Assembly (NCBI GenBank): GCA_963739305.1
Contig: CAVTZU010000032.1
Span: forward strand, 11,149-75,148
Direction: 5' to 3'
Length of the DNA stretch: 64,000 nt
Source of the DNA: Candidatus Bathyarchaeota archaeon
GTDB taxonomy: Archaea; Thermoproteota; Bathyarchaeia; Bathyarchaeales; Bathycorpusculaceae
Made by a program: the position numbers and the translations under genes. The notes beneath the pieces are model-generated. The model made no database searches, had not been told where the DNA came from, and saw nothing but the letters and a program-made list of their open reading frames with translations. Shown here in pieces: positions 39,791 to 49,724 of this stretch (position 1 is the first letter of the stretch; every line of letters starts with the position of its first letter).

Positions 39791-40580
39791 AGAAGGAAAA
39801 GTGCAATCGCGTAAAGGATCGATTTGGAGCGGTTCCATCACCATCGGGCTGGTCAACGTGCCAGTTAGGTTGCACACAATGATCTTCGACAAAAGTGTTG
39901 CCTTCAGATTTCTGCATAAGACCGACGGTTCCCCGCTGAAGTACCAGAAGGTCTGCATCAAGGAAGACAAGGTAGTTCCATGGGAAGACATAGTCAAAGG
40001 ATTTGAAGTCGGAAAAGGCGAGTTTGTGGTTTTCACAAACGAAGAGCTCAAAGCAGCGAGACCTGAATCTGACCAAAGAATCAGAATAGACAAATTCATC
40101 GACTACTTTTCAATCGATCCAGTCTACTTCGATAGGTCTTACATACTGGCTCCAGACAAGAACAGCGATCCATACAGCCTTCTTCTGACCACTCTGGAAA
40201 AAATGGGGAAGGCAGGTGTTGGCAGAATAACGCTGAGGACCAAAGAATACCCCGTTTTAGTTCATCCATATAATGATGCTCTCGTTCTGACGACGCTAAG
40301 GTACGCGTACGAGGTCAGAGACCCTAAGAAACTGGAAGAAATCAAGGGGCTCAAAGAGCCTAAGAAAGATGAGCTCGACCTTGCAAAAAAAATAGTCACT
40401 GACCTGTCGGGCGAATTTGACATCGCAGAGTACAAGGATGCGTTCAGGCAGAAAGTCGAAGAACTAGTGAAAAAGAAGATGAAAGGTGAAACCATCACAG
40501 TCGAGAAGCCCGTGAAAGAAGAAGCTAAAGAACTGATGGTTGCGTTGCAGGAGACGCTCAAACAGCTGAAGAACAAATGA
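39783..40580 (+). CDS. ku: Ku protein (NHEJ end-binding)
   Basis: IWSGSITIGLVNVPVRL, IVKGFE, IDPVYFDRSY, YKDAFR. Confidence 0.95.
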   Translation: MVEEGKVQSRKGSIWSGSITIGLVNVPVRLHTMIFDKSVAFRFLHKTDGSPLKYQKVCIKEDKVVPWEDIVKGFEVGKGEFVVFTNEELKAARPESDQRIRIDKFIDYFSIDPVYFDRSYILAPDKNSDPYSLLLTTLEKMGKAGVGRITLRTKEYPVLVHPYNDALVLTTLRYAYEVRDPKKLEEIKGLKEPKKDELDLAKKIVTDLSGEFDIAEYKDAFRQKVEELVKKKMKGETITVEKPVKEEAKELMVALQETLKQLKNK

Positions 40581-41971
40581 CACAGTTTTACAAGCCAATG
40601 CTCGCTCAGTCCGCAGAGGGGCCTTTCAAATCAAAAGATTGGATTTTCGAGGTAAAATGGGACGGCATTAGGGCAATCAGCTACGTCAACGACGAATTGA
40701 GCATAAGAACGCGCAACGACAAAGAGTTGAGGTACAACTTTCCAGAGCTGGAAGAACTCAGGAACCTCACCAGAAGCGCTGTTCTCGATGGCGAAATCGT
40801 CGTCATACACGAGGGAATGACCGATTTTCAGACTCTCATCGAGAGAAGCAAGCTGACTTCGATACGGGACATAGAACGCATGGCACGAGAGTTTCCAGCC
40901 ACCTACGTGGTTTTCGACTTGCTCGAGAAGGATGGTACGCCACTCATAGACCTTCCGTTGATGGAAAGAAAGAAGATGCTTAACGAGGTTTTGAAGGATG
41001 GAAAACATGTTGTTCTCTCCGTTTTCGTTGAAGAAGAGGGCAAGTTCTACTATCAGGAAGCCGTCAAGAAAGGCGTCGAGGGAGTAATGGCAAAGAAGAA
41101 AGACAGTCGATACACGCCCGGCGTGCGAAGTGAAGGTTGGCTGAAAATAAAGAAATTGCTTTCATGTGACTGCGTGATTTTCGGATACACGGAGGGCGAA
41201 GGAAAGAGAAAGATGGATTTTGGAGCCCTGATTCTAGGGTTGTACGAAGAAAACAAACCGGTCTACGTCGGCAAAGTCGGAACCGGCTTCTCCCAAGAAA
41301 AGATGGACCAATTGAAGAAGACATTCCAAAAACTCATCTCGTTCGAACGAACCCTCGAAGGAGTCGACGTTGCGGAAAAAGTAACGTGGTTGAGACCGGA
41401 GCTTGTTTGTGAAGTTGTCTATCAAGTCGTGACGAAAGACCGCAGGCTTCGCATGCCTAGGTTCCGGTCTCTCAGGGCGGACAAAGAACCTCTTGAGTGC
41501 ACTGTTGAACAGTTGAAACGGAATAGACTTAGCGAATACGCTTCTAAGAGAGATTTTAAAGTTACCCCTGAACCTCGAGCTGTTGAGCAAAGCCCTAACC
41601 AACGGATCTTCGTGGTGCAGGAGCATCACGCTCGAAGACTGCACTATGATCTTAGGTTAGAAAAAGACGGCGTGCTTAGAAGCTGGGCTGTTCCAAAGGG
41701 CATTCCTGAAAAATCTGGCGAGAAGAGACTTGCCGTGCAAACCGAGGATCATCCTATAGAATACGCCACGTTTGAAGGAACGATACCAAATGGGCAGTAC
41801 GGCGCGGGACTTGTAAAAATATGGGATGAAGGAACATTCGACGTTAAGATCTGGAAGGAGGACATGATCGAATTCAAATTGAACGGTCAACGACTTCTAG
41901 GTGTATACGTACTGACGAAATTCAAGAAGGCAGGAGAGAAAGATTGGCTTCTTCTGAGGGCGAGAGACTGA
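40577..41971 (+). CDS. ligD: NHEJ ATP-dependent DNA ligase with C-terminal 3'-phosphoesterase domain
   Basis: EVKWDG, LDGEI, FDLL, EGVMAK, WLKIK, OB domain; PE motifs FVVQEH...HYDLRLE, SWAVPKG, EDHP, YGAG. Confidence 0.94.
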   Translation: MTQFYKPMLAQSAEGPFKSKDWIFEVKWDGIRAISYVNDELSIRTRNDKELRYNFPELEELRNLTRSAVLDGEIVVIHEGMTDFQTLIERSKLTSIRDIERMAREFPATYVVFDLLEKDGTPLIDLPLMERKKMLNEVLKDGKHVVLSVFVEEEGKFYYQEAVKKGVEGVMAKKKDSRYTPGVRSEGWLKIKKLLSCDCVIFGYTEGEGKRKMDFGALILGLYEENKPVYVGKVGTGFSQEKMDQLKKTFQKLISFERTLEGVDVAEKVTWLRPELVCEVVYQVVTKDRRLRMPRFRSLRADKEPLECTVEQLKRNRLSEYASKRDFKVTPEPRAVEQSPNQRIFVVQEHHARRLHYDLRLEKDGVLRSWAVPKGIPEKSGEKRLAVQTEDHPIEYATFEGTIPNGQYGAGLVKIWDEGTFDVKIWKEDMIEFKLNGQRLLGVYVLTKFKKAGEKDWLLLRARD

Positions 41972-42724
41972 ATGGGCAACATAAACATCGGCACGATGGG
42001 CTGGAGCTACGACTTCTGGGTTGGAAATTTCTATCATGAAAGCACAAAGTCAAGCGAATACTTGACGGAGTATTCCAGACATTTTGGCACGGTCGAAATA
42101 GACAACACCTTTTACAGAATCCCAAGCCAAACCTCTTTGGAAAAATGGTTCAAACAGACGCCCCCTGGCTTTCTGTTTTCTGCAAAATTTCCACAGATCA
42201 TCACTCATAAGAAGATGCTGAAAGACTGTGAAAGCGAGTTACAACTGTTCCTCAACAGAGTATTCACGCTGCAAAGCAAACTGGGACCGTTGTTGCTTCA
42301 GTTCCCACCTGCTTTCGGTCCTGAAAAAATCCCTCTTTTGAAAAATTTCCTTCCCAAACTACCCCAGGAGCATAAATACGCGATAGAAGTGAGAAACAGG
42401 AAAATTCTCAACGACAAACTGTACTCTATCCTGAAAGAGAATAACGTTGCCTTGACCCTGTCAACAAACCCATCCCTTCCAGAAATTGAGCAGATCACCG
42501 CCAATTTTGCGTACATTAGATGGGAAGGAGACAGAAGCAAAGTCAACGGCACCCTAGGCAGATTGGAGATTGACAGGACAGACGATATCAAAGGCTGGGC
42601 AAACAAAATCGTCCGACTGCTGGACAAGACAACGCAGGTCTTCGGATACTTCAGCAAATACTACTCGGGGCACCCACCTACTGACGCGAGGACTCTGTTG
42701 AAGTCGATCGGTGAAATAAGCTGA
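41972..42724 (+). CDS. DUF72 domain protein
   Basis: IGTMGWSY, TVEIDNTFY, ITH, LLQFPP, AIEVR, YIRW. Confidence 0.92.
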   Translation: MGNINIGTMGWSYDFWVGNFYHESTKSSEYLTEYSRHFGTVEIDNTFYRIPSQTSLEKWFKQTPPGFLFSAKFPQIITHKKMLKDCESELQLFLNRVFTLQSKLGPLLLQFPPAFGPEKIPLLKNFLPKLPQEHKYAIEVRNRKILNDKLYSILKENNVALTLSTNPSLPEIEQITANFAYIRWEGDRSKVNGTLGRLEIDRTDDIKGWANKIVRLLDKTTQVFGYFSKYYSGHPPTDARTLLKSIGEIS

Positions 42725-42857
42725 CCTCAAGAGAGCGCGCAGCAAAAGATTAATCCTGGTCTGCACACTTGTTGAGTGGTGTCTGATATGAGGAATAGCG
42801 TTCTCTGTTCGTAAGAACAAAACCTTTAATACACAACGGACCGAATCAGACAGTTTC

Positions 42858-45776
42858 ATGGAATTTTTGAGACAAATCGAAGAGAAATGGCAGAAGAAAT
42901 GGGAAACCGCCAAGATTTTCGAAGCAAACCCCGATCCGAAGAAGCCTAAGTGCTACATCACGGTAGCCTACCCGTACCCAAACAGCCCACAACACGTTGG
43001 CCACGGAAGAACCTACACGCTCGCAGACGTGCACGCCAGATACATGCGAATGCGCGGCTACAATGTTTTGCTGCCGATGGCTTTTCACTACACAGGCACG
43101 CCCGTTTTAGCTATGGCAAAACGCCTACAAGAAAACGACAAGGGACTTGTCTCCGACTTCGTGAACGTTTACAAAATCCCTAAGGAAAAACTGAAAGACC
43201 TAGCCGATCCGATGGAGATGGCACGCTACTTCCACCGAGAGATCAAATCTGGTATGAAAGAAATAGGGTATTCCATCGATTGGCGACGCGAATTCACAAC
43301 CATAGATCCACACTACAACCGCTTCATAGAATGGCAATTCCAAAAACTCCGGCAAGGGGGCTACATAAGCCGCGGAAGCCACCCGGTGGGATGGTGTCCT
43401 AAAGACGGAAACCCCGTGGGACAACACGACACAGTCGGCGATGTTGAACCAGAGATAGGCGAATTCACGTTGATCAAGTTCCGTCAGGACGGCCTCATTT
43501 TTCCCACTGCAACTCTTCGTCCTGAAACAGTGTTCGGCGTTACCAACATCTGGTTAAACCCTGAGTGCACGTACGTGAAGTCGGACGTCGACGGCGAACA
43601 CTGGCTAGTCAGCCAACAAAGCATTGAGAAACTCATTCACCTGAACCATAAAGTCACGGTGTTGGAATCTGTAGAAGGCAGTGCACTTATCGGAAAGTAT
43701 GTTGAAAACCCCGCGAATGGAGCAAAGATACCCATATTGCCAGCGGATTTCGTGGATCCAAAAAACGCTACGGGCGTCGTAATGTCCGTCCCAGGACACG
43801 CGCCATACGATTTGGTTGCTCTCCAAAACCTCAAAAAAGATCCGTCTCAACTCAAACAATACGGCTTAGCAGCCGAAATCATGAATTCAGTAAGACCGAT
43901 CTCTCTGATCGAAGTGTCTGGCTACTCTGAGATACCCGCTGCAGACGCAGTCCAGAAGATGAAAATTCAGAGTCAGAACGATCCCAAACTGGAAGAAGCA
44001 ACCAGAGAAGTTTACCGGCACGAGTTTCACAATGGAAAACTCAAGCAAAACACCGGCAAGTACTCAGGCATGTCAGTCGCGGAAGCGAAAGACAAAGTAA
44101 AACAGGATCTGATTAGCGACGGCAAGGCCACAACGATGTACGAACTATTGAACAGACCTGTGCTTTGCCGCTGTAGGACCGAGTGTATCGTCAAAATCTT
44201 CCAAGATCAATGGTTCATCGATTATGGAAAACCTGAATGGAAAGCGCTCGCGCATAAGAACCTCGACAAAATGGGAATATTACCTGAAGAATTGCGTCAA
44301 GAATTCAACAACGTCATCGACTGGCTTCACGAGAAGGCGTGCGCCCGCAAATCGGGAATGGGCACACGGCTCCCATGGGACAAGGACTGGATAATCGAAT
44401 CACTATCAGACTCGACAATCTACATGGCTTACTACACGATTGTTAGACATATCAAGACGCACAAGATCAAACCGGATCAACTGACCGACGAGGTTCTTGA
44501 CTACATATTCCTCGGGATAGGTGAACCCGAGAAACTGGCGAAAAAAGTCAAAATGGACCTTGAGGTTCTGAAACAGATGCGTGCAGAATTCCTTTACTTT
44601 TATCCTTTGGACAGTCGTCACTCTGGACGCGACCTGGTTCCTAACCACTTGACATTCATGATCTTCAACCACACAGCCATTTTCCCGCAGAAGCACTGGC
44701 CGCGACAAATAGCCACGAACGGCAGCGTCATGATGGAAGGAGCCAAAATGAGCAAATCCTTCGGCAACATTATCCCACTGAGAGAGGCCTTGACTAAGTT
44801 CGGCGCCGACTCAATAAGACTGAGCGTAATGTCAACGGCAGAATTACTGCAAGACGCAGATTTCAGCCCCAACATTGCGAAAGCGATGAGAGACCGAATC
44901 CAACGTCTCTACAGATTTGTCTCAGACAATGTCAAGACAACACGAAAGCACAAGATTTCCAAGAATTCACTCACTCAGATGGACAGGTGGATGATCAGTC
45001 GACTACAAATAAATATAGAGACAGCCACAAAGGCGATGGACAAACTGGCTGTCCGCAAAGCCATACACACGATCATCTACGAACTGGACCAGGATTTCCA
45101 GTGGTATCAAAAACGCGCTTCTGCAGAGAGCAAAGAAAGAAGAGATGCTGTCGCTTATGTGCAAAATCAAATAATCGATGCCCAAATCAGGATGTTGGCC
45201 CCCGTTGCGCCTCACATATGCGAAGAGATGTGGGAAATGACCGGGGGTAAGGAGTTTGTTTCGTTGGCTCAGTGGCCGTCACCTGATGAATCGAAAATAG
45301 ACGTCGAAGCCGAAGAAAGCGAGACACTAGTCATGAATGTCCTAGAAGACACGCAGAACATAACGAAGGCAACGAGCGTGGCACCAAAAAGAGTATGCTT
45401 CTATACGGCAGCTCCTTGGAAACAGCAAATATGGACGAGCGCATTGGAAAAATCGGTCTCAGGCAAGGTTGCACAGAAAGATATTATGAAAGAAATGATG
45501 ACCAAACCTGATTTGAGAGCAAAAGCTGACAACGTATCCAAGTTCGTCGGCCAAATTTCAGACGAGCTGAACCGCATGTCCGAGGAAAAGAAGAAACGGT
45601 TGCAAAAGGTGAGGTCAATGGATGAAGCTCAAACATTGAAGGGGGCAAAGGCCTTTCTGGAAAAAGAACTGAAGGCAAAAGTTGACGTATACAGTGAAGA
45701 AGACCTGCAGCGCTACGATCCCAAATATAGAGCGCAGCTTGCCAAGCCCCGCCGCCCCGCGATTTTCATAGAATAA
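42858..45776 (+). CDS. leuS: leucine--tRNA ligase
   Basis: HVGH, ATLRPET, GVVMSVPGHAPYD, ESLSDS, KMSKS. Confidence 0.97.
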   Translation: MEFLRQIEEKWQKKWETAKIFEANPDPKKPKCYITVAYPYPNSPQHVGHGRTYTLADVHARYMRMRGYNVLLPMAFHYTGTPVLAMAKRLQENDKGLVSDFVNVYKIPKEKLKDLADPMEMARYFHREIKSGMKEIGYSIDWRREFTTIDPHYNRFIEWQFQKLRQGGYISRGSHPVGWCPKDGNPVGQHDTVGDVEPEIGEFTLIKFRQDGLIFPTATLRPETVFGVTNIWLNPECTYVKSDVDGEHWLVSQQSIEKLIHLNHKVTVLESVEGSALIGKYVENPANGAKIPILPADFVDPKNATGVVMSVPGHAPYDLVALQNLKKDPSQLKQYGLAAEIMNSVRPISLIEVSGYSEIPAADAVQKMKIQSQNDPKLEEATREVYRHEFHNGKLKQNTGKYSGMSVAEAKDKVKQDLISDGKATTMYELLNRPVLCRCRTECIVKIFQDQWFIDYGKPEWKALAHKNLDKMGILPEELRQEFNNVIDWLHEKACARKSGMGTRLPWDKDWIIESLSDSTIYMAYYTIVRHIKTHKIKPDQLTDEVLDYIFLGIGEPEKLAKKVKMDLEVLKQMRAEFLYFYPLDSRHSGRDLVPNHLTFMIFNHTAIFPQKHWPRQIATNGSVMMEGAKMSKSFGNIIPLREALTKFGADSIRLSVMSTAELLQDADFSPNIAKAMRDRIQRLYRFVSDNVKTTRKHKISKNSLTQMDRWMISRLQINIETATKAMDKLAVRKAIHTIIYELDQDFQWYQKRASAESKERRDAVAYVQNQIIDAQIRMLAPVAPHICEEMWEMTGGKEFVSLAQWPSPDESKIDVEAEESETLVMNVLEDTQNITKATSVAPKRVCFYTAAPWKQQIWTSALEKSVSGKVAQKDIMKEMMTKPDLRAKADNVSKFVGQISDELNRMSEEKKKRLQKVRSMDEAQTLKGAKAFLEKELKAKVDVYSEEDLQRYDPKYRAQLAKPRRPAIFIE

Positions 45777-45817
45777 AATATATCAGCCTAACCACTCCTC
45801 ATTTATTGCGGCAAATT

Positions 45818-45929
45818 GGATCCGTAGCGCAGCATGGATACAAGCCAAGCCATAAAGCGCGTCGGCCTTCTATGGCCTTGTGCTGAGGAAAGCCGAAAGT
45901 CCTGGGTTCAAATCCCAGCGGATCCGCCA
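45818..45929 (+). tRNA. tRNA-Arg(TCT) with two introns (45840-45855 in D-loop; 45873-45890 at 37/38), CCA encoded
   Basis: acceptor GGATCCG/CGGATCC, T-arm CTGGG-TTCAAAT-CCCAG, anticodon TCT at 45869-45871; both introns form BHB motifs. Confidence 0.92.
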
Positions 45930-46081
45930 ACCTTAATCACTGCTTCCTCTGCGGAAACAAGTTCGCTTCGGATACTTGTTGTGAGCAAATGCCCATAGCA
46001 AGAAGATCAGTTCAGTTTCAGTTTCGCGCCAAGAAAATTCAGATGACTTTCAATTGCCCTTAGACATTTTCAATACGCGGC

Positions 46082-46813
46082 TTATGGATAGTTGATCCGA
46101 AATATCTTGCCTTCGCCATTGTCGAATAGCTTGGTGAAGTATGTGGGGTGCAATGATTCATCAAACAACAATCTCAGGATAGTTACGTGCGAACCTAGTG
46201 CTGTCGGCGTGTAAGTAGTTCCATTTGTGTTTAGATAGTCTGTTCCGTTGTAACCTGCGATGCTGGCTATCCAGTTGAATTTTTGTAGGTCATCTGGTTT
46301 GAAGACAAGCGCGTATGAGACACCATAGACCTGCATGGTTTGCAAAGATTGATCTTCAGGCTGCATGAATATTCTCGCGAGATCGTGGATCTTCTGTGAT
46401 GAACCCCATGAGCCGAATATCTGAGCCTCCAACGCATTCAGAGGGTCTCGACTGTTTGCCATTGTGTTCCATATGTCTCTTGAAGGGTAGGCCTCTATTA
46501 CTTCTCGGTGACTCCATTGTCTAACTGCTCTTCCATAGTCCCACCAGCAGAGTATTATGGAATTGTTAGGCGTGAGTTTTTCCAATTCGGTAAAGGTTTC
46601 CGGCATACCTTTCTCTTGTGAAAAATACGTGAGAACTGCGTCTTCCTTTTGACCGAAATCTATTCTAAGGGCAACGAAGAGTGACAGGATTATCATTAGT
46701 ATTATGGCGATTGTAAGAATGAATCGCTTTCTTCGCCAGAACTTCACTTTCACCGGTTCACTTTTCTCCATAAATATGTAGTCGATGCTCTCCAATTTTA
46801 ACTCCGTTGTCAT
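46082..46813 (-). CDS. single-TM protein resembling the AglB/STT3 C-terminal domain
   Basis: IILCWWDYG motif after one TM helix; no multi-TM region. Confidence 0.7.
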   Translation of the reverse strand: MTTELKLESIDYIFMEKSEPVKVKFWRRKRFILTIAIILMIILSLFVALRIDFGQKEDAVLTYFSQEKGMPETFTELEKLTPNNSIILCWWDYGRAVRQWSHREVIEAYPSRDIWNTMANSRDPLNALEAQIFGSWGSSQKIHDLARIFMQPEDQSLQTMQVYGVSYALVFKPDDLQKFNWIASIAGYNGTDYLNTNGTTYTPTALGSHVTILRLLFDESLHPTYFTKLFDNGEGKIFRINYP

Positions 46814-46928
46814 GGTTCTAAGGGTTTGCCTTTCTCAATCAGTTTCTTGGCAGGCAGTAGATGTTAACCCTGCTCCACAGTGTTCTAAACATTAGACTTA
46901 AAAGTCCTGCAAAAGAATAACACGTGAT

Positions 46929-49724
46929 TTGAACATGCCAGTGCTGTACGCTGTGACGCATGTTTTTCGTTCATGGAAACTGTTCCTTGCATTGTTGATT
47001 GGTATAACATTGGCATCAGCATTTTTCGCGGGCATTGATATCAAAGCGAATGTGACAGCGGGACAAGCCTTGAAACAAGATCTGAGCGGGGTTTACGTTG
47101 ACATGGTTGCGAACGCGTACCAGAAACCTCCCGAGGACGTGTTGAATGCCTCCAGAGACGTGGCAGGGCTGTCAGGAGTCGCAGGAACGGAGGTCATCTC
47201 AGTTTTTGATGGACCGACAGGCTTCGAAACAAACGGCACATACTCTGACTATGCGAGAATAGTCGGAATTCAGAACCAATCACGCGTTTATGATGGTTGG
47301 CCTAATCGGCCCGAAGGGATAGGCGAAAACGAAACCTATGTGCTCAGAGATTCAGGCTTGACGCAGAAATATTCGGTCGGAGACATCATACCCATCAACA
47401 TTTCAATGTACCCGAATGGAGGACCACAAGTGTTTGTTTCCTTGAATCTGACGGTGAAAGGCTTTGCCGAGCTTGATGACAAATCAAGGTCGATTGCACT
47501 GGGAGGGTATTCTATTCCCTATCCCCAAATTGCCGTGTATGAGTCACCCTATTATGGACAGAGAACGATCGACACGCTTATTGTTGATTGGGAAAAGACT
47601 ATGCAGAGATTAGTTGACGCACAGTGGAATGTTAACCCATCTGGCGTACAGGTGAGTACAAGTCTACTGGTATATTTGGACCGAAATGCCCTGATAAGTC
47701 CATGGGACATTGACACGTCAACCAACAACATCAGAACCCTGCAGGCTCAAATCCAAACCAGAGCAGGGACGGGTTTTTACTTTCAAAACAATCTCGACAC
47801 GGTTCTCAGTAGTTTTCGAGGCAAATCGATGGAAATCCAGTTCACTTTTACGCTTCTTTCTATTCCGGTGTTCTTCATGGCTTGGTATATGGGAACTACC
47901 GTCTCAGATGTGTCTTTCAGCCTCCGCAGGCGAGAAATAGGTCTCCTGTCCACAAAGGGCTTTTCTGGAGGACAGATTCGAAGAATATTCTTGATCGAAA
48001 CCATAATGTTGGGACTGCTGGGAGGATTACTCGGTGTCTTAGTAGGGTTTCTGTTGAATCCACTTTTCTCGCAACTCAGCACTGAAATGCTTTTCAATCC
48101 GCAGGTAATCAGTCCCTACACATTTATCTCAACAATGATTTTCGGAGTCATCATTGCCTTACTTTCAACGTATAGCTCTGCCAAAAGAGCTTCAAGACTC
48201 TCTGCTGTCGACGCACTCCGAGAGTACCATCCAGCTGAGGAAACGAAATCTTACAAGAAAAGGTGGCCTTGGACCGCATTCATCCTCGGAACGTACAAGT
48301 TGATTATTTTTGCTTTCGGCGTGAACGTTACAGTTGCGCTGACTAGCGCTAGCATGGTCGGACAGAACTTTATTCTTACGATTTTCATCGGACTCGCACT
48401 TGGGATCGATTACGTTCTGACTTACATTGGGCCTTTGCTCTTTTTCTGGGGAAGCACAAAACTGTTCATCCAGGGTTCTCTGAAGTTTCAAGAACTCACA
48501 ACCCGAGCAGCCAGATTTCTGGGTGATCTAGGTGCGTTGGCAACCAAAAACGTGAGGAGAAACCCTGCGCGCGCAGCTGCAATCGCCTTTCTTATAGCAT
48601 TGATAGTAAGCTACGGTGCACAAGTAACTACGCAACTCGCCAGCGAACAGGACTTCACCACTCGAACAATCTACATGCAGGTGGGTGCAGACCTCAGCGT
48701 CTACGTCAACAATCCAGCTGAGGCAAAGAACGTTTCTTCCATGATACTGACAAACCTTTCTTCAAATGTAGAGAACTCGACGATCGAATATTCTCTCAGT
48801 GGCACAACGGCCGGCGCCAACTACATTACAGTAAACATGAGGTCAGTTCAAGCTGAATCGTGGCTTAAAGCCGCCTACTACGAAAGTGACATGTTCACCG
48901 GAAAGAATGCCGAAGAGGCCTTTCAAAACCTGTTGACTCAAAAAGATGCAATCATCCTCGAAAAAAGCGTTGCGAAACTTCTGGATCTCAAAGTCGGCGA
49001 CTTCATCACAGTAACAATCGGGGATACTTCGAAGAAAATGATTGTGGTTGGTTACTTTGGACCAGAAACCGGAGACGAGCAGAGCTCCATCTCGACGTAC
49101 TGGTCTTACGTTTCAGAAGAACTTTACAATGAGGTCAACAATTCTTTCAGTGTCTCCAGCACAAGAATACTGCTAAAACTCAAACCCGGAGTCAACGGCA
49201 CAGCAGCTGCAGAAAACGTTCGCAGCCTTGGTTTGAATATTGGTACAGTGGATTCATTTGCTGAAGAATACACGCTTTCTCAGTCTGACGTTGCGACGGT
49301 TGGATCGCAAGATGCTCAGCGACTGGGCATTGTCTTTGCAGTTCTGGCTGCGTCGGTTGGGACAGCGCTTGTCAGTGTGGTAAGCATGAGGGAGAGAAGC
49401 CGCGAAGCTACGATTATGAGTGTAAAAGGCTTGTCGTACAAGCAGCTTGTAATAATGTTCGTAACGGAAAATCTTGCGGTGGTGACTTTCGCAGTAGCCT
49501 TAGGAATTTCCGTGGGGTTTATCGCAGCATATGGAAACATCTCAGCTGCCAACAGTTTCATGGCGTCATCCACTCTAATTAAACACCGGTTCGTGCTCCA
49601 GTTGGATGCGATTCTGATGTTGATCTCCTGTGTTGTGCTCATTTTCGTGTCAACCATAGGACCAATATTGATCATATCGAAGGGATACGTAACCAAACTT
49701 GAGAGGATGGTCAGACTCAGATGA
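46929..49724 (+). CDS. ABC transporter permease (FtsX/MacB family, duplicated)
   Basis: RRREIGLLSTKG and ERSREATIMSVKG repeats, large extracellular loops. Confidence 0.92.
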   Translation: MNMPVLYAVTHVFRSWKLFLALLIGITLASAFFAGIDIKANVTAGQALKQDLSGVYVDMVANAYQKPPEDVLNASRDVAGLSGVAGTEVISVFDGPTGFETNGTYSDYARIVGIQNQSRVYDGWPNRPEGIGENETYVLRDSGLTQKYSVGDIIPINISMYPNGGPQVFVSLNLTVKGFAELDDKSRSIALGGYSIPYPQIAVYESPYYGQRTIDTLIVDWEKTMQRLVDAQWNVNPSGVQVSTSLLVYLDRNALISPWDIDTSTNNIRTLQAQIQTRAGTGFYFQNNLDTVLSSFRGKSMEIQFTFTLLSIPVFFMAWYMGTTVSDVSFSLRRREIGLLSTKGFSGGQIRRIFLIETIMLGLLGGLLGVLVGFLLNPLFSQLSTEMLFNPQVISPYTFISTMIFGVIIALLSTYSSAKRASRLSAVDALREYHPAEETKSYKKRWPWTAFILGTYKLIIFAFGVNVTVALTSASMVGQNFILTIFIGLALGIDYVLTYIGPLLFFWGSTKLFIQGSLKFQELTTRAARFLGDLGALATKNVRRNPARAAAIAFLIALIVSYGAQVTTQLASEQDFTTRTIYMQVGADLSVYVNNPAEAKNVSSMILTNLSSNVENSTIEYSLSGTTAGANYITVNMRSVQAESWLKAAYYESDMFTGKNAEEAFQNLLTQKDAIILEKSVAKLLDLKVGDFITVTIGDTSKKMIVVGYFGPETGDEQSSISTYWSYVSEELYNEVNNSFSVSSTRILLKLKPGVNGTAAAENVRSLGLNIGTVDSFAEEYTLSQSDVATVGSQDAQRLGIVFAVLAASVGTALVSVVSMRERSREATIMSVKGLSYKQLVIMFVTENLAVVTFAVALGISVGFIAAYGNISAANSFMASSTLIKHRFVLQLDAILMLISCVVLIFVSTIGPILIISKGYVTKLERMVRLR

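Noticed and set aside
45930-46081. Possible integrated element at the tRNA-Arg 3' end
   Set aside because: No integrase and no duplicated tRNA 3' end (att) found in the window
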